Both the position numbers and the translations under genes were made by a program. Positions 48,539 to 61,832 of a DNA stretch of 64,000 nucleotides are shown piece by piece. The DNA is from Rhizodiscina lignyota (lineage: Eukaryota): positions 434,001 to 498,000 of the forward strand of contig ML978126.1 in the NCBI GenBank assembly GCA_010015805.1, read 5' to 3'. Each line of letters starts with the position of its first letter. The stretch's first letter is position 1. The notes under the pieces are model-generated. The model saw only the letters and a program-made list of their open reading frames with translations. It did not search any database and was not told where the DNA came from.

Positions 48539-49494
48539 CCCCGAAACAATCGAAAGCAACAACGAACGGACGGAAATGTAAACAGGTCGAATACGGACAA
48601 ATAATGTCTCGAATGTATTTTTGATACGACTTGTTCCCAATCGGGATCGATTGGCACAGCATCGGCGCTAATTTCAGAGAATGGGATGGCATGGCACTGC
48701 TTAGCTCGCAACTGGCATTTATTTTGTCGGGAACAAAGGGGTCCAGTACACGATAGAGACTTCCCTCAGAAAAGCAACAAGGGTCCCATGGAGTCTATGG
48801 GGGATTGTGCGGCTATGTATGTGACGGATGAAAAAGGATTTTCTATCTATATGAGCGCAAGGGTATTTTGGGAGTTTCGGTTACGTTTTCATCTCTTCGA
48901 TCCCCACGGCCTTTCATTTTGAGATGCAAGGATATGGGATCAATGTCAATGGTGTATTTCCTACGCTTATCTAGCTTTCTTGATCTTCGGTCTTATATGT
49001 CGCGATCGGACATTCAACAGCTCACAACAAGCTTCGTCAACCACGCGACGGTGTTGTATGGATTTTTGGGTTGCCTAGTCGCGCATTGCTGTGTACCATA
49101 CCATTTCATATCCTCAGTGTTGAAGATCAAAAAAATTCCGAGACGTCGGTTTCTCTTTTTGCAACAGCTGTTGTCCAGTGGCTGGTCCTTTGCATTCCTT
49201 GCGTAATTGTCCGGTTGTCTATCAGCATTCCTCATGCACGCCTGTTGCCCAGGCCGCAACCGAAGATTCGTCACATGCGAATGCGTCACCAGAATCGCAG
49301 ACGGACGTTTTCGTCGCATCTATGGATCAAGTCGATATATTCTTATTCATGATAGCTTAGCAACTTGACCACTGTTGCTGTGCTTCTAACGCATATATCA
49401 GACTTCGCAGACTAGCATCGCTCTCAGAATTGATTCCACCAGCTATTCGCGACGCCGTATTTCAGATTCACGCTCTTGGTAGCATTTGCTAAAC

Positions 49495-50526
49495 ATGACG
49501 TCGACCACCTGGCGCCCGTTCTCCATCCTGCGCTCAGGACCTGTCCCTGTTCCGCAGTGGACACTCGGCCTCCGCGCCTTACAAGCGCTTTTCGCAATCA
49601 TCATCATCGGCCTTTTGGGGTACAGTCTACACTATCATGGCGGCGCTGCAGTACGTCCACTCCCAGTCCCCAAAGTTGCTCGAGTACTCTACTGACGTTT
49701 GAAACCCCGCCCACAGCTCCAAGCACCATGCATCACGCAGATATTCATCGCCATCATAACGCTCCTGATCATCCTTCCGCTCACCACGGCAATCGCGCCT
49801 TTCCAGCAGAGGTTCTACGATCCCCGTACGGCGCTTGTGTTGGATTGGTTTGCGTGCTTGTTCTGGCTCGCGAGCACCGCAGCGCTGGCGAGCTATCTGG
49901 ATATAACCAGCGCCTCGTTCGGCGTGGTCAATGACTTTGGCATCCAGGGAATAAACGCCAATTTCCTTTCGGGATGGAAGACTGCGTGGGACTGCGGCGT
50001 CGCTGCTGCCGTGTTCGGCGCGATTGAGTTGTAAGTCCGGCCGTTCCACAATCACTCCGTTCAAATGAGCTCACAGCGCTACAGCCTCCTCTTCGCAATC
50101 CAGACCCTGGTCTTCGCGTACCACTACCACCTCTTCCTCACCAACACAATCCCCATGTCCAGCACCACCGTCCCTTACGGCGTTCCCCCGCCGCGCAGAA
50201 ACAAAGTCACCGTCAGTGCCCCACAGGCCACCGACCCCGCAGCCCTCGAAGCCGGCGTGGCTGCCCCTGCCTACGCTCCTAACGGGATGATGCACGAAGT
50301 CCATCCCGCTCATCGAGATGTGATCGCACCGGTCCCGCCGCCCCCACCACCGCAGGGTAGCGTGCTTGCGGGCGCCGGCGGAGGAGCGGGCGGAGTGGAG
50401 AAGCCAGTTTCGCACTTGCCGGCTGGTGGGAATGCTGCGGGCGGAATGCCCGTTACTGGGGCGCCGTTTGCTAGGGATGCGGAGAAGGAGGCCGCGCCGT
50501 ATCCGGTTGAGGGGGGAGTTCTTTAA
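49495..50526 (+). CDS. MARVEL-like four-TM membrane protein
   Basis: LRALQALFAIIIIGL, LDWFACLFWLASTAALA and AAAVFGAIE hydrophobic segments; introns 49651-49715 and 50031-50083; Pro/Gly-rich tail. Confidence 0.8.
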
Positions 50527-50927
50527 GAGGAATCGGATGAGAGGGTAATTGGGGGGAAGCGGGAGTTTAGTATGAGTTTGAGGGTGTAATACGCAGTGTG
50601 GACAATTCTTAGTGAGAGGAGATTTCCTCACATGGTTTCTTGCTTGTTCGTGGCGTTACAGTTTAGGGGTCCTCACACGTCACACCACATTGGATCCTAC
50701 ATATTGCGTTCTACAGCGCAAGGCGGGATCTTTCTAGAAGAAATGGGATTCGGAATAGAAACGTCTCTATCGAGACCACCACAATTGAAGTCCGAGGGAT
50801 GCGACTATATAAGATAGTCTTAATCCCGTTCCAGCTCAGTTCCAAAGTCTCCAACGTATCCAATCTACACAGGGAGCTTTAGGTGCTGTCTCGAGAACCG
50901 TCGGCCGTCGAAGGGTGCATGGTCCGC

Positions 50928-52732
50928 TCAAACAATGTGAACTGTTTCAAAGACCTTGCTCCTTGGGTAGCCAAATCCCGTGCTGTATCCCAACAACTGG
51001 TAGAAGGGGAAATTGTGACTCTCCGAAAATCGAGGCTGTACACGCTTTAAAATGAAGGGCGCGAATTCAGACGTTAGGCTTGCGGTGAATACATCACAGT
51101 CTTGCTCAGATACACTTGATGGGACCCAAAAAATCGTGCATTGCTGACGGCCTGTTGGATAGCGCACGAGACACAACTTGCGATTTAACAAGTTCTCTTG
51201 AATAAGCTCTGCAACTTGTAACTGTGAATCAGAAAGTGTGACATCCATAGGAGGGTGTTGGAGCATTTGGTCCACCCAATGCACGTGATCCCAGGTCAAA
51301 TCTGTATATTCAGTGATAAAGCAATGGTCTTCTGCAGGAGAGTGTTCCTCGGGATTGGGAATCTTGGACGGAATGGCCAGAAAGGAGACGAATTCGGATT
51401 TCTTGGCGTTGTCATATGTCTTCGTAATATGCGAATATATTAACACCAATTGGTTGAGCATAACCCAAGGGAGTGATGCCTCCAAAGTGCGAGCTTGCGA
51501 GCGTTGTACTGCGGATGCGACGCACGACAGCAATGTGCGTTGTATCTGCAAAGGTGAAGTTTCCTTTGTGAACGTGCTAGTCGCCCAGCTGATGTTGCCC
51601 ACTCGGACTACCTCCCATTTTAACAGCATTTGGCCTTCTAATTGTGGTTGAGAGAACTCTCCAGGCTTGAGCTCTACCCACGCCAGTGTTCGACCGGCAC
51701 CTGACTCAGGTCGTTTGGTGGCCTAGGAACGCACCAATCCGGCGCCCATAATGGCCATTGGTTCGCATACCTCGTAGAGTCTCGTCTATAGATGGTCGCA
51801 TAATGTAAAAGCTCAAGTCCAATACCGTTCCGTATGCAGCTGCGCGAGAATTGTAGAAAAAGCTCTTGAGTAGGCAGAGTATAATCGAGGTTGAGAGAAT
51901 GTTTTTCTTTGGCTATCCCAAGTAATGCAAAGATTCGATCGCGGTCATCGGAGCACTTAGCTTGATGGAACTTGTGCAGAAGATCCAGTATCGAATATGG
52001 ATGTGGCCGCAGGTCGCAAATGAAGCGGGCTCAGCCAAGGACTCCTCGTTTCTGAGGATCCAAAGAGAGATCCTTGATATGGTTCAAGCCAGCGCCGAAG
52101 ATAGTCCATTTCATCTTCAGCTGACCGCAATGTATGATGATATCGTGGCCAAGCGCAACTTCTTGTAGAATCCACCTTCTTTCGAACCAGGGGACGCTGA
52201 GAAGTCGACCAGTCTCGCTGACTATTGCGGTATGTGCGCTGCCGTTCAAAATATATTGCTTCATCGACTTGTCCATGCCATACCGCTCCAGCGCTTCAAG
52301 AGCCATAAAGAAGGTCGAGGTATGTTGGCTTGATTCCCCCAGCCAAATATGAACCTTCCTTGAGTGGCAGAATATGCCGCCCATGTTAAGCACCTGGATG
52401 CTTTTCTCCTTCTCATCAGATTGATTTATGCTGACAGAATCGATCCATAGTGCTCGCTTAGTATATTGTTTTCGCAGATACCGCAGAAAGAGATCGACTG
52501 GAGGCGTAATGTTCATACACGCACTACCGTCACAAAAGAGCGCCTTTGAAAACTCTGGTTGTCCCCAAGCATACGAGACGGCTTCGTAACGCTCATGATG
52601 TAGATTCATATCATTACGTCGTCGATGTACGATTTCACAATGGAGAGGCTCCGAGAAGTCGAGTGCTGGTGCAAGGAGGAGCAGCCTGATATCGTCGTAG
52701 TTCTCCAGTTTGCGGTACTGGTAAGGGGGCAC
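50928..52732 (-). pseudogene. HET-domain (HET-6-like) gene, disrupted
   Basis: IRLLLL, YEAVSYAWG, LWIDSVSINQSD, EKSIQVLNMGGIF and WFERRWILQEV motifs. An in-frame TGA at 52031-52033 precedes CSDDRDRIFALLG and WAPDW; a frame change follows near 51680-51720; the start codon is GTG. Confidence 0.8.
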
Positions 52733-54698
52733 GGTCGGCAGAAGCTCGATGTCTGGCGAAAGAACACTTTTCGGCCCTGGACGCGTTTCCGCGAAAACTT
52801 CTTAGACATTGTTTGGCGGGATGCGCTGGAAGCGAGGTGGTGAGGATCTCAGCCTTGCGTTTGGCTGCATTTCGATGGTGCATGTTCGATTCTACTGGTC
52901 AAGTCAGTCGGAATGGGGTCCTTAGGGCATGCTACACCTTTCGCTATAAACATGGGCTCAAATGTGTGGTGAGGCGTTAGTGTGCAGTCGTGAACACTAT
53001 CAATGAAGCTTTCTTCATGAGGGAGTAGGCGAGCAAGAGCGCAATTTGCCGATGTTCAGAGCGATGGCGTTCGTATGACGAGAACATTACGATACATCTA
53101 CATAAAATGGTTTCATGCCTTGGATTGCTTCGAGCTTTCCGGAGTTACTTCCGCCGAGCCGCTATATGAGATCTCGCGCGCGCGTTCTTCTGCTTGCATA
53201 TTATAATCTACTGCAGCTTCCTTATGCGTGTATGCGGTTCTGCACCAAAAATACCTGGAGCATCCATCCAACACCGTGGTGGCCATTACAGCAAATGCCT
53301 TCAGAACGAACGAAATTCACCAACACCAGACTTGTATTATCAAGGAGCCAGTTTGTGGCGAGCGAACAGTCTACAAAGTCACTCTATTGAGTTGCTTTTC
53401 AACGCCTCAGAAGCTTCCCCGTCGTTAGGGAGTAGCTTGCCAGGCCTGCCTTAGAAGATCTGGTCCTCGTTGTCACGAAAAGAGATGGTGCTGCGGTCTC
53501 ATATGCTCATGAGAAACTAGCTTCTTCATGCTCCTTCGCACTCCTTCGTATTCCTTCACACTCTTTCACACTTCTTCGTGCGTCTGTCTCCCTTCATCGG
53601 CACCCTGAGCTCATCGCTATCACTGAAGATAACCCAACGAGAGAAGAGTTTCCTAAATTCCAGGAGTTTCAATCTGGAGAGCGCAGGTCGTTTCCAACCC
53701 TGGCAACTATGCAGCATGAATGAGGCTCGATAGCTGTGGCTGCTCTCGTATTTTTTTGATCTAAAGAGGAGAAAGAAGAGTTGAGGCCTTCCGCGGCGAG
53801 AAAACTTCGTGTGCCAAGCCACGGCACGTGCAGAAGCATTAGGTAAGCGCCCCAACCAGCACCCCAGCCAGCACCCCAACCTGCTACCTAGGTTTGTCGA
53901 CAGAGATCAACGCCGCAACGAATGCTGAATTTTTGCTTTCCCATCTCTCCAGTCTCAGAGAAGCAGGTTGGAGAGCGATCGAGAACACCGCCAAGGATTT
54001 TCAGGGCTCCTGGGATCTTCGATCTGCACTTGACAAGGTCCGCTCTATTACCGTAGCATGGCATTCCAATGCACTTAACGCCCGGACTGCCTTCCGGACG
54101 CCCACATGCGCAAAGTTGATTGGACAGGTGGCAAAATGCTCAAGCTTCCTGTTCCAAAGGGATACCCCGAGCGATGCACGTACGATGATCCAGATATTGT
54201 CGGCCGCAAGTTATCAGCTTTTTCTGCAACACTACCAGGGTTCTTCCTCGTGCATATGCACTGCCGTTCGCTATGAGAACAATTCTAGAACTTTTGATGG
54301 GCGCAGGTACTACAGCGACGTCACACTACGGCGACAGGCCCGATCGTTATGAAATCGTCGATCAGCTTTCCTTGGGATGATGTGCATGGCTAGCACCCTA
54401 CCTTGAAACACGAGAGGCCGACTAGGCGCGCTTTCGCATACATAGGGAAAGTTACAATATCAAACGACGTCATATAGACGCGCTCTCCACCACACACCCT
54501 TCAAACCAACGGAACCGAGGATCGACACACAATGGCTCTAACAAGTGCGATTGACACATCGAACTTCATTTTTCCCGCTGACAAGCTTCGGTACATGCCC
54601 CGATATGTAGTGGGAAATGTTGAAATATCTTTAACATTCTCATACTTTACACTGACCATACCCGCTGGTCGCAAGTTAGGCCAGGAGCGATAGGCAGG

Positions 54699-57207
54699 AT
54701 GAGTCGGCCAATTCTACCAGTGCCATCTCTGAACAAGAGTCCAAGAAGTGGTTCCGGCTCTCCATTGCCACCGAACGCGCCAGGAGGAGATCAACAAAAG
54801 CGACAATACACCAAGCGAGGAGCCATTTCGAAGATAGCTTGTCGCAGTTGTAGGAGACGGAAGACCAAATGCAACTCGCAACGGCCGACTTGCTCGAACT
54901 GCGCTGGGAGGGCGGAGCATTGTATCTACGATTACGACGAGTCTGACCGCAGCCTCACCTTCCTTCGAGAAAATGTGGAAAACCTCGCGGAGGAACGCAC
55001 TGCCCTCGAGTCTATGCTCAGAACCCTTCAAACGGACTCGGAAGATGCAGCTTCTGAGATATTCCGCCGATTGCGGACCGGAACAGACCTTTACACATTA
55101 GCCCACCAGGTCCATGCGAGTAAAGCTCTAACAGAGGTAGGAGCTGCTGCCAGCTCTGGAAGTCCGAGTAGTATGTGCTTCGACCAGCATGTTGTAACTT
55201 GCTGGTCCAATTGCCCCAAATTCTAGACTAGACTAAACTAGGCCAGGTACCCTCTCTAGGTTGGACCAATACGAGCAGCTAGTTCGTGCTATCACGTTTA
55301 GCACACCCACCGAGCTGGAGGAAATAGTACGTCGTCTTCGGACCAAGCCCGATCCTGAGCCTATTCTTTCAGCAATTCGGACGAAATCGCTGTTAACTCC
55401 ACTTCGGCCCGCTGACTCTACGTCAAGTCTCGAAGGGGAGTACTCTGATCGTACGCAGGCCTTTCGCCTCGTCAAAAGCACCGGTTCCCATAATGCGTTG
55501 CCGCCATCAGCGGATCCAGAGCGATCCGAGACTCCAAGACTTCACACGTACCAGCGTTGGACTTCTATTACCCATGATGAGGGCTTCATTGAGCACCTAT
55601 TTCTCATTTACTTTTCCTGGCAACACACCTTTTTCCAAAACTTTCCCGAGGAGCTGTTTCGAGCGGATTATGCCAGTGGACAGACGGCATATTGTTCAAG
55701 TCTCCTAGTTAACTCGATATGCGCTGCTGGGTGCTTGCTGTCAAGAAAGCCAGAGGCTCGACAAAATCCAGAGGACTTCAGTACCGCGGGAGTACATTTC
55801 TATTCCGCTGCGCTGGCAGAGCTTGGAGAATTTCGAAGGCCGTCAATATGTAGAGTTGCTGCATTGGCACTATTAGCCCACTTTGAAGGTGCTCGTGGTC
55901 ATCTTAGGACCATGTGGGACTTTACTGGGCGCAGTGGACGAATGGCACTCGATCTCTCACTTCATCTAAGAGAAAGCAAGCTTGACGGCGCCGATGATGG
56001 GGGAGAAACGACGTATGAAGAGGCAAACATGCATACGTTTTGGGGTTGTTTCATAGCTGATCAGTAAGATCAAATCACTGCCGTTTGGTTACTGTTAAAC
56101 TAACGCACTGCCAGAGTCACGAGTTTTACATTCGGCCGGTTACCGCAGATTCCGATCAATTCAGTCACTACTCGACGTCCCTCGATCGATCGAGAAGTCG
56201 ATGCGAGAACATGGATTGCGTACTATGACAGTTCTGAAGGTGTCTCCCCAGGTGGCTGTTCGACGACATTCAAGGAAGTGATTTCCCTTTGTGTTATCGT
56301 CAATTCAACCTTAACAATGTTCTTCAACCCGGCACGAACAATCAGCGGTACCCTGCTCCTAACGGAGTACAACAAATATCTAAAGTGGAAATACGCTCTT
56401 CCAAAAATCCTCACACCCACTGGCCGCGCACCTCCACATATCCTATGCGCACATCTTCTGTGGCATGCTGCTGTCTTACTTCTCTTCCGACCGTTTCTGA
56501 AGGCCAAAGTCATCGAATCTGAGGTTGTCCCTCAGGACATTTGTCGCCAATCCGCAAATGCTATATCGGAACTCTTCGCGAATCATCGGTCATATTACGA
56601 TCTTACAGGCATCTATGCATTTCAGATTCAATGTCTGCTCACGGCCTGTACAATCCATATCATTCACATACCCGCCATTGCTTCAACAGAGCACTTCATA
56701 GACGCATGCAATAACCTACACGACATGGTAGATCGCAGCAAGTGGGCGAAGTCAAGTCTGGACGAAATCAAACGGCTAGTCAGGAAATGGAACCGTGTCC
56801 TTCCTGGTGATGCTGAGGTAGCATTATATCGCGACGAGCAGAGATCACCAAGCCTAGACACACTCCCCTCGATCATCGGAAACTTACAAGCGCCCTCCAA
56901 AGGAATAGCAACATCAAGCACCCCAATGGATGTTCCAGAGCTACCCGAGAAGCGAGCCGCTTCTACTCTGCCAGCCCAGGCGATACAGATGACAAAGCGT
57001 CCTCGTGTGGCAGAAGCGCGAACGCCTCAGCTATTTGCCCCCAGCGAAAGTCAGCCAGCTCCTTTACCAGGCCCTATGCCAGACGGGCTGGACCCGGATT
57101 TTGACGATGAAGACATGACGCTTGAATTTCCCGGGCTCGATTTCTCCAAGGACGACATGTTTAATCCGTTCATGGGCTTTGAAGGTGGTTTCACGGAACC
57201 AGGTTAG
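54699..57207 (+). CDS. Zn(II)2Cys6 fungal transcription factor with middle homology region
   Basis: CRSCRRRKTKCNSQRPTCSNCAGRAEHC; YFSWQH, MALDLSLH and TFWGCFIADQ motifs; introns ~55171-55241 and 56064-56114. A possible extra upstream exon starts at ATG 54532. Confidence 0.92.
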
Positions 57208-57805
57208 GGTGCGTGATGGAAGCTGCACTCCCGGATGCCTACTTTATCAGGCAGCTCGATCGATGATACCCTCCTCGTAAAGGTTTGAGGTGCAACGGTT
57301 TGTCAGAGTGAGCATGAGCGCAGGTTGTCATTGGGTTTTGAGAATTGTGATCAAGGACTATTCTTTCCTTCATAGCCGCCTCTGAAGGTTCATTCGAGTG
57401 GGCGCTGAATTGAGTTGTGAGATGCGTTTTGCATTCCAAACACATTCGCATATTTTTCATTGGCCTGACGGCTCCGTCCTTGATACTAGAACCTCGTCTC
57501 CCATGTAATATGCATTGAATCCAACCCTTGATGGCAATGTAATTCTCGTCTGGTGCAAAACCTTTGGGTGGATCCCGCAGGTAATCCAACGCGCACTTCA
57601 TACGCAGCTTAACTTGTCTGATTGTACCATGCGCCCATCATTCACGAACTAGCCTTTGGTTACGGGGCATACGATTGATTTGCTCAACAGTGATTTGGAT
57701 TGCATCATATCCACAAGCAACCGGTTCGAGTCCGTATGAGTATCTATTCACCATGAACGCCGCAGCTGTATGCAGAACCCTTAGTTTTGACCGGTAACCC
57801 AAGGC

Positions 57806-58545
57806 CTATGCGGGCAACACTTGTTTGTCATCCACCCAATCTTCTTCCCTTATGCCATCTTTCGTGATGATCTTGACCGCGAGCTAGCCATGAGTCAGCA
57901 TTTACTCATAAACCTATGCGTAAAATCAACTTACCCCCTTGAAGTCTATCGGCAGCCTTCTCTTCAGCTCGTCCGAGCACATTCTAAGTATCTTCAAGCC
58001 CTTCTCAAGATCTATGTCCGGATGATGATGCTTGTCCAGCGTTGAGAGACAGTAATATTGTGCATAACCGTGTGCAGCATACGGTAGTTGCGCCAGCGAC
58101 GCCAGGTAGTCGCACCAATACAGGGTCGGCTTCTGCGTTATGGGATCGAAGCCGCCGAGCAGCAGGTTGACCGTATATGGGCTCCGCGATCGTAGAGCCT
58201 TTGCAAGCTCCCCTCTGACGAAGGATGCTACCGCGGCAGGACCAAGTTCGCTGTTATTGCGCATGCTGTAGAGTTGCACGTTGGCTTGGACGTACTCTGC
58301 GAATTGCACTATGGTTTTGAAAAGATTAGCCCTGCTCCATGAGAGAGATGTCATGATAAAGATTGTGTAATGATGAAGGCTATACCTGTATCACCAGCTT
58401 CGCCAGAGAATGCCATCAGGTTGTACTTGTTGAGCTCGCGTGTCTTGTCGTCGGTGGCCTTGAGGATGGTGACGCCGCGCATGGCCGCTTTTGAGGAAGC
58501 GACAAGCGTAAAGTCTTTGCCCGTAAGACCTAGTAAGACCTCCAT
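57806..58545 (-). CDS. PRE1: 20S proteasome subunit beta 4
   Basis: MEVLLGLTGKDF, FSGEAGDT, VQFAEYVQANVQLY and PYAAHGYAQYYCLS; two introns; ends DKQVLPA*. Confidence 0.97.
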
Positions 58546-58830
58546 GTTGAGATGTATTTAGTGTTGAAGAAGAGGGTGGAGGTCAGAGGGGTTGGTATGT
58601 TCGATTTGAACCTTGAAGCTCGCGGTGAAAGCTCTCGCTCGACGCGAAGCTCCAGATGCCTGGGCATAGCCGCGCGCTTATTATCGGTGAAATAAGCGCC
58701 GAACTTTTCGTCACTCCTCATAAATTTTTTGGGTCAAAAATCATGGAAGTCCATTGTATCCATCTACAATGGCCACACTCATGTTAGTGATTTTCTAGGA
58801 CATTCTGCGAATTCGAGCCTCAAACCTACC

Positions 58831-61800
58831 ATGATGGCACAGCACACGTCCGTCAAGACAACATTCGAACCGTCGCAAACAATACAACCTTTCTACACTG
58901 GAGGAAGTGTTGCGCTGAGCCAGGATGGACAGATATTCGCTGGCTGCATGGGAGAAGATGCAATTCTCACCGATTTGAATACCGGAAAGGAGCTTGGAAG
59001 GGTAGAAGGGGTGCGTTGCGCATACTATCTTCAGTCTTCTATGAAGTCTAACATGTTGAATGCAGGATGGGGAACCAATAACTAGCATTTCATGTAGGGA
59101 TAGATCCGACCTCATATTTAATACTCTCTAATCTTGCTACAGTGACGCCTTCCGCCTCGCACCTGATAATCTGTTCCCGCTCGCTGTCAATGCGCATATA
59201 TAACTTGCAACCTTCGCTGTCCGGAGACAGTATAGACATCGAGCATGTTCGGACCCTGAAACCCCATGCTGCACCTGTTGTTGTATCTGCGGTCGATTCG
59301 ACAGGGACACTTCTGGCAACAGGAGGAGCAGACGGAGTCATAAAAGTATGGGACATCCGAGGGGGGTACACGACACATACGTTTCATGGACACAGCGGTG
59401 TCATCTCTGCGTTGCACTTTTTCCAAGTTGCCGCTGCGTCCCTCCCATCTGAATTTACTCCGAAGAAGCGACGCAGAAGCAAAGGAAAACAGGACGGTGA
59501 CGAGGTTGAGCATGTGGGCTCCGACTCGACCGTTGGATTCAGGCTCGCTTCTGGCGGAGAAGATTGCAAGGTTCGCATTTGGAACCTGCACAAGCGTTCC
59601 TCTGCAGGTATCTTGGAATCGCACAGCTCTGTCATCCGTTGCTTGGACTACTCACCTGAAGAGAATGCCTTGGTATCTTCCAGCAGAGACAAGACAGTAA
59701 CAGTCTGGGATGCCAGAACGTGGAAGATCAGACGTACCGTCCTGGCATCAGAAGAGGTTGAGAGCTGTGGATTCGTGAATGATGGCAAGATTGTCTTCAC
59801 TGGCGGAGAGACAGGCTGCGTAAGACTATGGTCAACATCTACCAGCCAAGAAATCACCCAAGAGCAGCAGCCGAAGTCAGAGACCGAAGCAATCTTGGAA
59901 ATCTTACATTTCGACACACTTCCATACCTTCTGTCCATCCAGGCTGACCAAACTCTGATCTATCATTCACTCGATCCCGTGGCAGATATCGTATCAGATT
60001 CACAGATCCCTCCATTACCAATATTGCAGCGGATATCTGGAACGCATGATGAGGTGATTGACCTTGCTTATGTTGGCAAGGATCGATCGTATCTTGCACT
60101 CGCCACCAACATTGACGATGTCCGAATCATCTCTCTATCGTCAAGCTCAGGAAACTCCACTAACGGGGAGAGCTTACAATCTGGCGCACGACATTTCGGT
60201 GCAGACGTGGCCTCATTAAAAGGCCACGAAGATATCATCATATGCATGGATGTCGACTGGTCCGGCCAATGGCTTGCTACTGGTGCGAAAGACAATACCG
60301 CACGGCTTTGGCGCATTGATCCGGATTCGAATTCATATTCTTGCTATACTACGTTTACTGGTCATGCAGAATCGATAGGCGCGATCTCACTTGCTCATTC
60401 AGAGCCTCCTTCCGAGAGCGCCGCGCATCAGAATCCTCTTGAACACCCTCCGTCTTATCTTGTAACTGGCTCGCAGGACAAAACTGTAAAACGCTGGGAG
60501 GTCCCAACTCCTAAAGCGCACGGGGACGTCAATAAGCCTGCTCGTGCAACATATACACGCAAGGCACATGACAAAGACATCAATGCCATAGACACGAACG
60601 ACCGTGGTACATTATTCGCGTCAGCGTCGCAAGATCGCACAGTCAAAATCTGGAGCCTTCAAGAGGGTGAAGTACAGGGAGTACTCCGAGGACACAAACG
60701 AGGTGTATGGACAGTTCGATTTGCTCCGCATCGCACACCTGGTACCATCAGTGGTGCAGGTCAGACCGGTGTGGGCCGCGGCCTTGTCCTTACTGGAAGT
60801 GGAGATAAAAGTGTGCGGGTATGGAGTCTCGCAGACTACAGCTGTCTACTCACTCTTGAGGGACACACGAATAGCGTGCTCAAGGTGGTTTGGCTTCCCT
60901 CCACCTTAAACAAAGACGAGCACGCTCGGCAGAAAGCAGCACAAGTTGCCTCGGCTGGCGGCGATGGGCTTGTTAAAGTCTGGGATCTGGGTACTGGAGA
61001 AGCGGAGTGTACGCTGGACAACCATACTGACAGGGTATGGGCATTGGCTGTGCAACCAAAAACTGGTACTCCACAGTCCCCTGAGACGGGGATTGAGCCC
61101 GTGGACGAGGACAGTTCTGAGATGGATGTCGACGAACAAAAGCCACGGCAGACACCAACGACTCTTGTGTCGGGGGGTGGAGATGGAGTTCTCACCTTCT
61201 GGACGGATACGACGCGTACCACTCTCCTTCAGACTCGACAACGCGAAACAGAACGGATCGAGCAAGATCAGCAACTCTCCAATTTGATCCACGCAAAGGA
61301 CTACCGGGCCGCGATCACGTTGGCCCTGCAACTCGACCAGCCTGGCCGTTTGCTCTCTCTGTTCACTGCTGTTGGCGACGGCCAGGAAGGAGAAAAGGAC
61401 ATCGACAGTTACACCGGGAAGAAGGAGGTTGACGATGTCCTTGCGTCCCTGGCGGACGAGCAGATCTATAGACTGCTCCTCAGAATTCGAGACTGGAACA
61501 CAAACGCTCGCACCGCGGACGTGGCGCAGAGGATCTTGCACACTCTAATCAGACGATACCGTGCGGATAAGCTTGCAAGTATCAGGATTCCAGATTGGGC
61601 AGGGAGAGGAGGGAAGGGAAGAGCTGTTGGATTGACGGAGCTATATGATGGCATCCGAGCGTATACGGAGAGGCATCTGCGGAGAGTGGAGGATCTCGTG
61701 GAGCAAAGTTACTTATTAGATTTTACGCTCAGGGAGATGGATGAGCTTGCGGGTGCCGATGCGTTGATATTAGGAGAGGGACGTAATGGTCTTGTTGAAG

Positions 61801-61832
61801 ACGGAGCGAACGTTCTCATGGTTGAAGATTAG
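58831..61832 (+). CDS. UTP13: U3 snoRNA-associated protein 13 (WD40, SSU processome)
   Basis: PFYTGG N-terminus, many WD repeats, KAHDKDINA, RGHKRGVW and the Utp13 C-terminal RDWNTN..AQ / YTERH motifs; 28-nt exon at 59066-59093. Confidence 0.96.

Noticed and set aside
53000..54352. Short ORFs and a 12-bp x3 tandem (~53850-53884) between the HET and Zn2Cys6 genes
   Set aside because: No recognisable domain or consistent exon chain.
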